A DNA stretch of 64,000 nt from the NCBI GenBank assembly GCA_965195345.1, contig OZ239628.1, forward strand, positions 352,001-416,000, given 5' to 3'. Position 1 is the first letter of the stretch, and each line of letters begins with the position of its first letter. The notes below the pieces were generated by a model that was not told the origin of the DNA, made no database searches, and was given only the letters and a program-made list of their open reading frames with translations. Shown one piece after another: positions 9,628 through 19,456 of the stretch. Position numbers and translations under genes: made by a program. Origin of the DNA: an uncultured Thiomicrospira sp. (GTDB lineage: Bacteria; Pseudomonadota; Gammaproteobacteria; CAKMZV01).

Positions 9628-10864
9628 TCATTCATTTTATCCCTTACAGCAGGTTTTTACTTTATTGTTCATCCTATTTTGCTTGGGTTTGGGTGGTTGT
9701 GCGCAGACTCCTAAACAAAATCCCATTGAAGAAAACGAGCAAACGTTCAATGAGGATGCTGATATTCAAAAAATTTTGCAATTAGGAGAAAGTGAAGAGG
9801 GCGGCAATGAGAAAGGTACTATTACAAAAGCCGTTCCTAGAATAGAATTTTTATTGGATAGTGAAGAAAGCAATCAAGTAGCCGTGCTGTTGCCGCTAAG
9901 AGGGGAATTGATGCCTGCTGGCGAGGCTATTAAGGAAGGTATTTTACAAGCCTACTACGGACAAAACATCGGATACAAAGTGCAATTCTACGATACGCAT
10001 GGTAAAGACATTAATGCGCTCTACCAGCGTGTTCTGAAAAATGACGTTAACATGGTTATTGGTCCCTTACAAAAAAGTAACGTTGATGCATTAGGCTATT
10101 CTCCTAATGTGCTGAACATCCCCTTGAATCGCACAGGGAAAGCATCGAATGTATATCCTTTTGATATTACGGTTGAATCAGAGATCAAACAGCTTGCCGA
10201 AATTATTAAGCAAAGAGGATATTGCCGCATAATGTTTGTTTCATTGGATGGAAAGCGGGAAAGGCTTATCGGGGAAATGCTAAAACAGTATGTGCAGGAT
10301 AATGGAGGACAACTCAAAGAGCAGATTTACTTGCCTGTAAATCAAATTAATGAATCCACGAAAATACTAAGGAAAGCATTGCAGACAACGCGCATTCTGG
10401 AGGTGTCTGAAAATGAAAGGTTTGTCACTTTTGAAAGGGACGATTATCCGTTTGTTCGCCAAGATGTTGATGTTATTATCAGCCATTTGCCAGTGATTGA
10501 ATCTCGCCTTTATGTACCTCTATATAGATCGCTGGGTGGTGATTTGCCAGTGCTTTCTACCTCTGAGATGGTAGCTGGGGGGCATGATTTGGTTAGTGGC
10601 GATCCTGATTTAATTGGCATAGAATTTTTAGATCTTCCCTCGTCAAATATTAATAATGAAGGACGGCTTTTTCAAAACATTGGTTTCGACGCGATAATGT
10701 TAAGTAATGCTTTGCGCTTTTCTGAAAACTTTCAATTTCAAGGGAGAACAGGCAGTTATGAGTATAAAAACGGTAAAAGTATTAGGTTCTTAGATATTTA
10801 TCAAATAACTTCTGATGGGTTGAAAGTGAACGCACACGATCATCTTGTATTAGATGAGTCGTAA
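9614..10864 (+). CDS. lpoA: Penicillin-binding protein activator LpoA/LppC-like lipoprotein (short form)
   Basis: Lipobox LGGC; VAVLLPLRG and VIGPLQKSNV; lies between rsmI and yraN as in the conserved gammaproteobacterial cluster. Confidence 0.8.
   Translation: MNSFIHSFYPLQQVFTLLFILFCLGLGGCAQTPKQNPIEENEQTFNEDADIQKILQLGESEEGGNEKGTITKAVPRIEFLLDSEESNQVAVLLPLRGELMPAGEAIKEGILQAYYGQNIGYKVQFYDTHGKDINALYQRVLKNDVNMVIGPLQKSNVDALGYSPNVLNIPLNRTGKASNVYPFDITVESEIKQLAEIIKQRGYCRIMFVSLDGKRERLIGEMLKQYVQDNGGQLKEQIYLPVNQINESTKILRKALQTTRILEVSENERFVTFERDDYPFVRQDVDVIISHLPVIESRLYVPLYRSLGGDLPVLSTSEMVAGGHDLVSGDPDLIGIEFLDLPSSNINNEGRLFQNIGFDAIMLSNALRFSENFQFQGRTGSYEYKNGKSIRFLDIYQITSDGLKVNAHDHLVLDES
9621..9636. repeat. 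(CATT)4 tandem microsatellite
   Basis: cattcattcattcatt, overlapping the rsmI start codon and the first codons of lpoA. Confidence 0.85.
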
Positions 10865-11204
10865 GACGGGAGCTTTTTATGAAAAGCAAACCTGTGATTG
10901 GTTGATTGAGAATAATTACCAAATTCTTAAACAAAATTTTTCTTGTAGGCATGGTGAGATTGACATAATTGCTCAAAATCCTCAAGGGGTGCTTTGTTTT
11001 GTTGAAGTGCGCTATAGGAAAGAGAACTTATATGGTGGTGCGCTCGCGTCTGTTAGCCGATCAAAACAGCTAAAGGTTATTAAAGCAGCGTGTTATTTTT
11101 TAACAGAATATGCGAAATATCGTGATTTCCCAATACGTTTTGACGTTTTTGCATGGGAAAGCGATCGATCTCCCAATGTCATTCAAAATGCATTTTCTGA
11201 GTGA
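10854..11204 (+). CDS. yraN: YraN family protein (UPF0102, predicted endonuclease fold)
   Basis: GEIDII, FVEVRYR and RFDV motifs; synteny with lpoA. Confidence 0.93.
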   Translation: MSRKTGAFYEKQTCDWLIENNYQILKQNFSCRHGEIDIIAQNPQGVLCFVEVRYRKENLYGGALASVSRSKQLKVIKAACYFLTEYAKYRDFPIRFDVFAWESDRSPNVIQNAFSE

Positions 11205-11385
11205 AAAGATTGATTAAAGAAAAATTCTGTTAATTTTAAAAAACGCATTTTTTTGAAAATACTTTGAATATTCTATTAAAAAATAATGCGCTGAAGGTTG
11301 TTTTTCGGTTATATTGTTTTTATAGGATATTGTAAATATACTAACGAACATTTATTGAATACTAAAATATTATAGGAGAACTAGT

Positions 11386-12477
11386 ATGAAGAATTGGCTA
11401 ACTAACGTACTTGCAACATTAGTACTGGTATTTACTGCAACTGCTTTTGCCGAAGGGGGAGTAGTGCACGTTTACAATTGGTCGGATTACATTGATGAAA
11501 GTATTCTGAGTGATTTTGAAAAAGAAACAGGCATTAAAGTCGTTTATGATGTGTTTGATTCCAATGATATTTTGGAAACAAAACTGCTTGCAGGTAACTC
11601 AGGGTATGATGTTGTTGTTCCTTCAGGTGCTTTTTTACAACGTCAAATTAAGGCTGGTGTTTTTAAAAAATTGGATAGATCAAAATTAACGAATTTTGAC
11701 AATATGTGGGATGTTATTTCTAATCGCACGTCTCGCTATGATCCAAAAAATCAATACTCGATAAACTATATGTGGGGCACCACAGGTCTTGGTTTAAACG
11801 AGCCAAAGATAAATGAACGCATACCAAATGCGCCATTAGATTCATGGGCTTTAGTGTTCGATGAAAAGTACATTTCAAAACTGGCTGATTGCGGCGTTTA
11901 TATGCTTGATGCACCTGATGAAATGATTCCTGCAGCGTTGAACTACATTGGTGAGAACCCAGCGAGTCATGATCCTAAAGTAATCGCTAAAGCGGAAGAA
12001 GTACTCAAAAAAATCCGCCCTTATGTGAAGAAATTTCACTCGTCAGAGTATATCAATGGGTTAGCAAATGGTGACATCTGTCTTGCTGTAGGATGGTCAG
12101 GTGATATTTTGCAAGCGCGTGACAGAGCGGCGGAAGCAGATAATGGCGTTGAGGTTTCCTACGTAATCCCTAAGGAAGGCGCATTGATGTGGTTTGATCA
12201 ATTGGCAATACCTAAGGATGCTAAAAATTCAGAGAATGCTTTAAAGTTTATAAACTACATCATGAATGATAAAGTGATGGCTAAGGCTTCTAATTATGTT
12301 TATTATGCTAATGGCAATCTCGCTTCACAAAAATATCTTGAAGAGGATGTGATAGATGATCCTGCGATTTACCCGCCGAGCGATGTAATAGACAACTTGT
12401 ATGTTGTCGAAGCATATCCACCAAAGGCTCAGCGTGTATTGACTCGTCTTTGGACAAAAGTTAAAAGTAATCTTTAA
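11386..12477 (+). CDS. potF: Putrescine/polyamine ABC transporter substrate-binding protein
   Basis: Signal peptide; VYNWSDYI, GYDVVVPS, YMWGTTG and GWSGD motifs. Confidence 0.93.
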   Translation: MKNWLTNVLATLVLVFTATAFAEGGVVHVYNWSDYIDESILSDFEKETGIKVVYDVFDSNDILETKLLAGNSGYDVVVPSGAFLQRQIKAGVFKKLDRSKLTNFDNMWDVISNRTSRYDPKNQYSINYMWGTTGLGLNEPKINERIPNAPLDSWALVFDEKYISKLADCGVYMLDAPDEMIPAALNYIGENPASHDPKVIAKAEEVLKKIRPYVKKFHSSEYINGLANGDICLAVGWSGDILQARDRAAEADNGVEVSYVIPKEGALMWFDQLAIPKDAKNSENALKFINYIMNDKVMAKASNYVYYANGNLASQKYLEEDVIDDPAIYPPSDVIDNLYVVEAYPPKAQRVLTRLWTKVKSNL

Positions 12478-12510
12478 TTGCTAATAGTCTAAGTATTTGC
12501 GCTGACATTG

Positions 12511-13857
12511 ATGTTAGATTGGCTTCGAAAAAATAATATTGAGAATATTGAGTTTTCAATTGTTGATTACGCTGGTCTTTCTCGAGGGAAGATGGTTGAG
12601 GTTGAGACGCTCCATTGTGATAAAGCACAAAGAATACCAATTGATGCCTTTGCGCAGACAATTGAAGGCGAGTATGTTCAGGTGCTTAATGAGGAAGGGA
12701 AGAACTTCAATCCTTTGGATAGAGACGTTTTGATGATGGCGGATGAGACAACCATCCAGCCGATACCATGGCTCAATAGACCAAGTGCTTCTGTGATTTG
12801 TGATGCGGTTTATTCTGATGGATCCACTGTTGATTTTGCGCCTCGGCAAGTCCTAAAGAATGTCCTTAAACGTTATCATAGTAAAGGGTTAACTCCAGTC
12901 GTTGCTCCTGAGCTAGAATTCTATCTTTTTAAGGCGCCAGTGGCGACTGATGATGGGTTGCAATTTGCTCGAGGTATTAATACAGCGCACTTTATAGAAA
13001 GTCAGCCTTACAGCGTGGAATGCTTGAATGGGTTGGGTGATTTTTTTGATGAGGTTTGTACGGCGTGCCGTATTCAAAGTATTCATTGCGACACGTTGGT
13101 TAAAGAAGTTGCGGCTGGGCAATACGAGATTAATTTAAAACACGGTGATGCACTTGCTAGAGCAGATGAGGCGATGCGATTCAAGCGAACGGTGCGAAGT
13201 GTTGCTAAAAAGCACGGAATGCAAGCATGCTTTATGGCAAAGATTAAGGAAAAAATTCCTGGAAACTCTATGCACATTCATCAAAGTTTGCAGGATGAGT
13301 CAGGCAAAAACTTGTTCAGTGATGCAGACGGTAAGAATACAGAATTATTTAGATATTTTATAGGCGGATTGAAGAGGTATTTACCAGAAGCTACGGCGAT
13401 TTTAATGCCCTATGTTAACTCTTATAGACGTATAGAGCCTTATTTATGCGCGCCACTCAATGTGCAATGGTCACAAGATAATAGGACAGTTGGATTGCGC
13501 ATACCAGAGCCTGATAGTAAAGGATTTGATAGATCAAGACGCATTGAAAACCGAATACCTGGGGCCGATTGTAATCCATATTTGGCTTTTGCTGTGACAT
13601 TGGCAGCGGGTCTTCAAGGCATTGAAGAGTGTATTGACCCTGGTGCGCCTTATGCAGGAAATGCATATGAACTGCCATTAGAGTTTCCTTCTAACCTTAG
13701 TTCTGCGTTGGAGAAGTTTGAGGGCAGTGACACATTAAAGATGCTTCTTGGTTCCGAAAGTATTCGGTTTTTTAGTGCAATTAAGCGTGCTGAACTCAAA
13801 TCGTTTAAAACAGTAGTGACCCCTTGGGAATTTCAACACTTGTCAGGGGTAGTATAG
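12511..13857 (+). CDS. Glutamine synthetase family protein, probable gamma-glutamylputrescine synthetase (PuuA/SpuB-like)
   Basis: PELEFYL, GQYEINL, GNSMHIHQS, NSYRR, DNRT and ENRIPGADCNPY motifs; polyamine gene context. Confidence 0.88.
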   Translation: MLDWLRKNNIENIEFSIVDYAGLSRGKMVEVETLHCDKAQRIPIDAFAQTIEGEYVQVLNEEGKNFNPLDRDVLMMADETTIQPIPWLNRPSASVICDAVYSDGSTVDFAPRQVLKNVLKRYHSKGLTPVVAPELEFYLFKAPVATDDGLQFARGINTAHFIESQPYSVECLNGLGDFFDEVCTACRIQSIHCDTLVKEVAAGQYEINLKHGDALARADEAMRFKRTVRSVAKKHGMQACFMAKIKEKIPGNSMHIHQSLQDESGKNLFSDADGKNTELFRYFIGGLKRYLPEATAILMPYVNSYRRIEPYLCAPLNVQWSQDNRTVGLRIPEPDSKGFDRSRRIENRIPGADCNPYLAFAVTLAAGLQGIEECIDPGAPYAGNAYELPLEFPSNLSSALEKFEGSDTLKMLLGSESIRFFSAIKRAELKSFKTVVTPWEFQHLSGVV

Positions 13858-13900
13858 AGTAAATAAATGTGTTGATAGTGAACTTCAAACTTGGAAAATT

Positions 13901-15268
13901 ATGCATGATTTAACTAAAAAAATTCAAAACATGGATGCATCGCATCACATACATCCTTTCTCCGATTCAAAAATTCTCAATAAGAATGGCGCAAAAGTCA
14001 TTACAAAAGCCGACGGTGTTTGGCTTTGGGATTCGGATGGTAATAAAATTCTTGACGGCATGGCAGGTTTGTGGTGTGTCAATATCGGCTATGGACATAC
14101 GACTTTCGGCGATGTGCTGAAAAAGCAAGTAGAGGAATTGCCTTATTACAATTTGTTTTTTCAAACAACGCATCCGAAAATTGCCGAGCTTTCTCAAGTT
14201 CTTGATGCGTTAACGCCAGAGCATATGCATCACGTTTTTTTCTGTTCTTCAGGTTCAGAAGCAAACGACACAGTGGTGCGTATGGTACGCCACTATTGGG
14301 CAAGTAAAGGGCAAGCAGAAAAAAGCATAGTAATCAGTCGACATAATGCATATCACGGTTCAACAATGGCCGCCGCAAGTCTTGGTGGGATGAAGCCAAT
14401 GCATGCCCAAGGTGGTTTGCCTATACCAGGAATTGTTCATATTAACCAACCTTATTGGTATGGTGAGGGTGGAGATATGTCTCCTGAAGATTTTGGATTG
14501 AAGGTCGCTCGTGAGCTTGAAGAAAAAATCCTTGAGTTGGGTGAAGAAAAAGTGGCGGCTTTTATCGCTGAACCGATACAAGGCGCTGGAGGCGTTATTG
14601 TGCCACCATCGACATATTGGCCTGAAGTAAAAAGGATACTCGATAAATACGATATTTTATTTGTATGCGACGAAGTAATTTGTGGTTTTGGTCGTTTGGG
14701 TGAGTGGTTTGGGGCACAATCTTATGAATTGAAACCTGATTTGATGGCAATTGCAAAAGGCTTGACTTCAGGGTATGTGCCAATGGGAGGTGTGGTGATA
14801 TCGGAGAAAGTGGCGGATGTATTAATTAACCAAGGTGGTGAATTTACGCATGGTTATACGTATTCAGGACATCCATTATCCGCAGTTGCTGCATTAGAGA
14901 ATATTCGCATTTTTAAAGAATACAACTACGTTGACAAAGTACGTGAAGAAACTGGTCCATACCTACAAAAAAGATTCGAAGAGTTAAACGAATATTCACA
15001 TGTAGGGGAAACAAGAGGCAAAGGGATGCTTGCGGCGATAGAAATATGCAAGGATAAGGATACAAGAACTCCTTTTCATTCTGATCATAACATTGGAAAG
15101 ATGGGCGTTCGTATTTGTATTCAACATAATTTAGTCATGCGAGCAATTAAAAATTCAATGGTTGTCTCCCCTCCTCTATGCATAACGAAAGAGGAAATTG
15201 ATCAAATGATGGATAAAATACATGCTGTATTGAAACAACTTGGAGAAGAGATTAAAGGACTGGATTAA
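13901..15268 (+). CDS. spuC: Putrescine-pyruvate aminotransferase (class III PLP)
   Basis: LDGMAGLWC, SGSEAND, YHGST, AEPIQGAGG, DEVICGFGR, AKGLTSGY, HGYTYSGHP. Confidence 0.88.
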   Translation: MHDLTKKIQNMDASHHIHPFSDSKILNKNGAKVITKADGVWLWDSDGNKILDGMAGLWCVNIGYGHTTFGDVLKKQVEELPYYNLFFQTTHPKIAELSQVLDALTPEHMHHVFFCSSGSEANDTVVRMVRHYWASKGQAEKSIVISRHNAYHGSTMAAASLGGMKPMHAQGGLPIPGIVHINQPYWYGEGGDMSPEDFGLKVARELEEKILELGEEKVAAFIAEPIQGAGGVIVPPSTYWPEVKRILDKYDILFVCDEVICGFGRLGEWFGAQSYELKPDLMAIAKGLTSGYVPMGGVVISEKVADVLINQGGEFTHGYTYSGHPLSAVAALENIRIFKEYNYVDKVREETGPYLQKRFEELNEYSHVGETRGKGMLAAIEICKDKDTRTPFHSDHNIGKMGVRICIQHNLVMRAIKNSMVVSPPLCITKEEIDQMMDKIHAVLKQLGEEIKGLD

Positions 15269-15275
15269 AGCGAGT

Positions 15276-16424
15276 ATGAACAACAATAGCAGTGCTGATT
15301 CCCCTTGGATGGATGAGTCGATTCAGCCTTTTTTGAAAATTCAGAATTTAAGTAAATCATTCGAGAATGCTAAAGCTTTAGATAGTATTTCATTAGAAGT
15401 ATATCGGAAAGAATTTTTTGCTTTGCTGGGACCGTCCGGTTGTGGAAAATCAACTTTGCTAAGAATTCTTGCTGGATTTGAAGCTCCAGATGAAGGTGCT
15501 GTAACGCTTGAAAACGAATCCATTGTCGAAATTCCTGTTTATAAAAGACCAATAAATATGATGTTTCAGTCGTACGCGTTGTTTCCGCATATGACGGTAG
15601 AACAAAACATCGCTTTTGGCTTGAAGCAAGAAAAACTTGACAAATCAGAGATAAAAGAACGTACGGATAAAGCAATTGAGTTAGTTCAGTTAAATCAATT
15701 TGCCCGACGTAAACCCAATCAATTATCTGGAGGGCAACAGCAGAGAGCAGCATTAGCGCGTAGTTTGGTTAAAGGACCGAAATTATTATTGCTGGATGAG
15801 CCTCTTGGTGCTCTTGATAAAAAATTGCGGCAAGAAACTCAGTTTGAGCTGGTTGATTTGCAAGAGAAGTTAGAAATGACTTTCATTATTGTCACGCATG
15901 ACCAAGAAGAAGCAATGACGGTGGCATCGCGCATTGCTGTCATGGATCATGGGAAAGTTGTGCAAGTGGGTACGCCATTAGAAATGTATGAATTCCCTCA
16001 AACACGCTTTGTAGCTCATTTCATCGGTGATGTGAATATTTTTGATTCTGAGGTGACATCGGTGGAGGATGGATGTTGCTTTGTAGCGTGCGCTGATATA
16101 GGAAAAACATTAGGAGTGCAACAAGGACAGCCAGAATCAGCTTTTCATACAGGAGATAAGGTTGGCTTTGCTATTCGACCAGAAAAAATCAGCATCCACA
16201 AATCGAATGGAGAAAATAAGGACTCCAACAGCAGTGTTGAAGGGACGGTTTATGACATTGGTTATTTGGGAGGTTGCTCGGTTTACCATGTTCAGCTTGC
16301 AACTGGAAAAATGATGGTGGCGAGTGTCAACAATAATCTACGACAGGAGTTTATGCCTATTACATGGAACGATAAAGTCATACTAAGCTGGAATGTTACG
16401 TCAGGGCTGTTACTCAAATCATAA
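15276..16424 (+). CDS. potG: Polyamine ABC transporter ATP-binding protein
   Basis: Walker A GPSGCGKST, signature LSGGQQQR, LLLLDEP, TOBE-like tail. The ATG at 15276 follows the spuC stop. Confidence 0.93.
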   Translation: MNNNSSADSPWMDESIQPFLKIQNLSKSFENAKALDSISLEVYRKEFFALLGPSGCGKSTLLRILAGFEAPDEGAVTLENESIVEIPVYKRPINMMFQSYALFPHMTVEQNIAFGLKQEKLDKSEIKERTDKAIELVQLNQFARRKPNQLSGGQQQRAALARSLVKGPKLLLLDEPLGALDKKLRQETQFELVDLQEKLEMTFIIVTHDQEEAMTVASRIAVMDHGKVVQVGTPLEMYEFPQTRFVAHFIGDVNIFDSEVTSVEDGCCFVACADIGKTLGVQQGQPESAFHTGDKVGFAIRPEKISIHKSNGENKDSNSSVEGTVYDIGYLGGCSVYHVQLATGKMMVASVNNNLRQEFMPITWNDKVILSWNVTSGLLLKS

Positions 16425-16430
16425 TTTTTC

Positions 16431-17330
16431 ATGAACTTTAAGCGCTTACTTCCACAACCAAATAAGCGTTGGATTATAGCTATTCCCTACATTTGGTTAT
16501 TGCTTCTATTTCTTGCGCCGTTCTTTATCGTTTTTAAATTAAGTTTTTCTGATATTGCAATTGCGATCCCACCGTATACACCCATTGTTGAATTTGTAGA
16601 GGATGGGTACCTACAACTCACTTTAAACCTTAATAATTATTTACTATTATTTGAAGATAGTTTGTATATTTTTGCTTACTCCAACAGTGTACGTATTGCG
16701 TTGATATCGACACTGTTGACGCTTTTAATAGGATTCCCTCTTGCCTATGCAATGGCAAAGAGTTCAAAGCGTTTGGGTACGATACTGTTGCTGTTGATTA
16801 TTTTGCCTTTTTGGACTTCGTTTTTGATCAGAGTGTATGCTTGGATAGGCATTCTAAAAACGGAAGGATTGCTGAATCTTTTTTTATTAAAGTTGGGAAT
16901 AATTACTCAGCCGTTAGAGATTTTCGGAACAGATATTGCTGTTTTTATTGGGATCACCTATTCTTATTTGCCATTTATGGTATTACCTTTGTATGCAACT
17001 CTTGAGAAGATTGATCCTTCTCTGCTTGAAGCCGCTGCTGATCTGGGCTGTAAGCCTTTCAAAATTTTTTACTCGATTGTTATTCCTTTGGCAATGCCAG
17101 GTATTCTCGCTGGTTGTTTTTTGGTATTGATTCCTGCTATTGGGGAATTTGTCATTCCCGATTTATTAGGTGGATCAAATACAGTGATGATAGGAAATGT
17201 TTTGTGGTCTGAGTTTTTTGGCAATCGAGACTGGCCTTTGGCATCAGCGGCAACAGTCGTTTTATTACTGATATTAGTTGTGCCTATAGTTGTTCTCCAG
17301 AACTATCGTTCGAAGAGTCAAAATGAATAA
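16431..17330 (+). CDS. potH: Polyamine ABC transporter permease
   Basis: LPFWTSFLIRVYAW, EAAADLG loop, GEFVIPDLLGG. Confidence 0.93.
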   Translation: MNFKRLLPQPNKRWIIAIPYIWLLLLFLAPFFIVFKLSFSDIAIAIPPYTPIVEFVEDGYLQLTLNLNNYLLLFEDSLYIFAYSNSVRIALISTLLTLLIGFPLAYAMAKSSKRLGTILLLLIILPFWTSFLIRVYAWIGILKTEGLLNLFLLKLGIITQPLEIFGTDIAVFIGITYSYLPFMVLPLYATLEKIDPSLLEAAADLGCKPFKIFYSIVIPLAMPGILAGCFLVLIPAIGEFVIPDLLGGSNTVMIGNVLWSEFFGNRDWPLASAATVVLLLILVVPIVVLQNYRSKSQNE

Positions 17331-18105
17331 AAAACTCAATTGGTTTAATATCTCATCCCTAATTATTGGGTTTTCGTTTCTCTATATTCCAATATTATTA
17401 TTGGTGCTATTTAGTTTTAACGAATCTAAATTGGTTACTGTATGGGCGGGATTCTCAACAAAATGGTACGCTTCTCTTTTTGAGAATGATCAGCTTTTGG
17501 ATGCTGCGTGGGTTACGCTCCGCATTGCCTTTATTTCTTCGACAGTAGCGACGGTGCTTGGAACATTAGCGGGATATGTGTTGGTAAGATTTACCTATTT
17601 TCGAGGGAAAACTCTTTTTTATGGCATGATTTATGCGCCTTTGGTCATGCCAGAAATTATTACAGGTCTGTCACTGTTATTGATGTTCATAGCGATTTCT
17701 CTTGATAGGGGTTTTGTGACCATTACATTGGCGCACATCACTTTTTCCATGTGCTATGTGGCAGTTGTTATTCAGTCGCGCTTGTCTACTTTCGATAAAT
17801 CGGTAGAAGAGGCAGCAATGGATTTAGGTGCTCCACCGTTTAAAACATTTTTGGTTATTACATTGCCAATTATTATGCCAGCTGTTCTTGCAGGCTGGTT
17901 GTTATCATTCACGCTGTCATTAGATGATTTGGTGATTGCTAGCTTTACTACAGGTCCAGGAGCTACAACACTCCCTATGCAAATATATAGCCAAGTACGG
18001 CTTGGTGTTAAACCAGAAATTAATGCGATATCGACTATATTAATTGGTTTGGTTGCAGCAGGTGTTGTTATTTCCTCATTCCTACTTAAAAGAAAAATGA
18101 AATGA
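17323..18105 (+). CDS. potI: Polyamine ABC transporter permease
   Basis: PLVMPEIITG, EEAAMDLGA, FTLSLDDLVI, PEINA. Confidence 0.93.
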   Translation: MNKKLNWFNISSLIIGFSFLYIPILLLVLFSFNESKLVTVWAGFSTKWYASLFENDQLLDAAWVTLRIAFISSTVATVLGTLAGYVLVRFTYFRGKTLFYGMIYAPLVMPEIITGLSLLLMFIAISLDRGFVTITLAHITFSMCYVAVVIQSRLSTFDKSVEEAAMDLGAPPFKTFLVITLPIIMPAVLAGWLLSFTLSLDDLVIASFTTGPGATTLPMQIYSQVRLGVKPEINAISTILIGLVAAGVVISSFLLKRKMK

Positions 18106-19424
18106 AAATTGATTACGATCGTGTTTTAAAACGCAATCCATTGACGCATTCTCGAGTATATCCAACATCATATTATGCTGCGAGTGCTAATTCGCACTCG
18201 GCATACCCTGCCCTAGAAAAAAATGTAGACTGTGATGTTTGCATTATTGGTGGTGGTTTCAGTGGGGTGAATTGTGCTCTTGAGCTTGCTGAAAGAGGTA
18301 TTGACGTTTGCTTGTTAGAAGCACGTCGAATTGGTTGGGGCGCCTCTGGGCGTAACGGTGGGCAGGTTTTGCATGGGATTGGTCAGAATAATCAAAAATT
18401 TCACTCAATCATTGGACAAAAAGGGATTGATCAATTAGAAGAAATGGGCGATGAAGGAATAGAAATTTTATTGAATCGCGCAAAGAAATACGATATTAAG
18501 TGTGATGTGAAGCGTGGGTCAACATTGGTTGCGCTAAAAAAACGGCACCTGCAAGAGTTTGATGCGTATCAAAAACATTTTGAAAACAGAAAGTATCCTT
18601 TTTCTATAATTAGGCATGATGCAAAAAATTTACATGAGGCTATTGGATCAAAACGTTATATTGGAGCGTTATCTCTGGGAGGAGATGCACACATCCACCC
18701 ATTGAATTTATGCTTAGGTGAGGCAGATGCAGCCAGTAGTCTTGGAGTAAAGTTATTTGAAAACTCTGCAGTTGAAAAAATAGAAGAAGGTGAAAGCATT
18801 CGCGTTCACACTGAGAGAGGGAGTGTAAAAGCCAATGTATTAGTTATGTGTTGCAATGCTTATGGCAGCAACTTACACAACAGAATAAGCAATAAAATCC
18901 TTCCAGCAGGAAGTTATATTATTGCAACGGAACCGTTATCCGAGCAACAAGCTAATGAATTGTTGCCTTTAGATAGTGCTGTTTGTGATCTGAACTACGC
19001 ACTTGATTACTTTCGATTGAGCGCTGATAAAAGACTGTTGTTTGGCGGGATGTGTAATTATTCAGGACGTGATCCTGTAGATATAAAATCCGTGTTGAGA
19101 CCTAAAATGCTGAGAGTTTTTCCGCAATTGGAACGGGTAGGAATTGATTACCAGTGGGGTGGTATGATTGGGGTAGGAATAAACCGACTTCCACAAGTGG
19201 GTCGCACATCCCCTAATGTGTATCATGCTCAAGCCTATGCTGGTCATGGAGTCAATGCCACGCATTTGACAGCGCGCGTGATTGCAGAGTCCATTACAGG
19301 AGAAAGCAGGCGTATTGAGCTGTTTGAATCTATAAAACATTGGGGTTTTCCTGGAGGGAAGCTCTTACAATCGCCTCTTTTTGCAATAGGAATGGCGTAT
19401 TTTAGGATGAAAGATGCATTTTAA
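18102..19424 (+). CDS. puuB: FAD-dependent oxidoreductase, gamma-glutamylputrescine oxidase-like
   Basis: GGGFSG dinucleotide motif, GASGRNGGQ, HPLNL, LDYFRLSADKRLLFGG, YAGHGV. Confidence 0.85.
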   Translation: MKIDYDRVLKRNPLTHSRVYPTSYYAASANSHSAYPALEKNVDCDVCIIGGGFSGVNCALELAERGIDVCLLEARRIGWGASGRNGGQVLHGIGQNNQKFHSIIGQKGIDQLEEMGDEGIEILLNRAKKYDIKCDVKRGSTLVALKKRHLQEFDAYQKHFENRKYPFSIIRHDAKNLHEAIGSKRYIGALSLGGDAHIHPLNLCLGEADAASSLGVKLFENSAVEKIEEGESIRVHTERGSVKANVLVMCCNAYGSNLHNRISNKILPAGSYIIATEPLSEQQANELLPLDSAVCDLNYALDYFRLSADKRLLFGGMCNYSGRDPVDIKSVLRPKMLRVFPQLERVGIDYQWGGMIGVGINRLPQVGRTSPNVYHAQAYAGHGVNATHLTARVIAESITGESRRIELFESIKHWGFPGGKLLQSPLFAIGMAYFRMKDAF

Positions 19425-19456
19425 AAAATCAAGACGTCGTCAATACAGGAGTTAGT

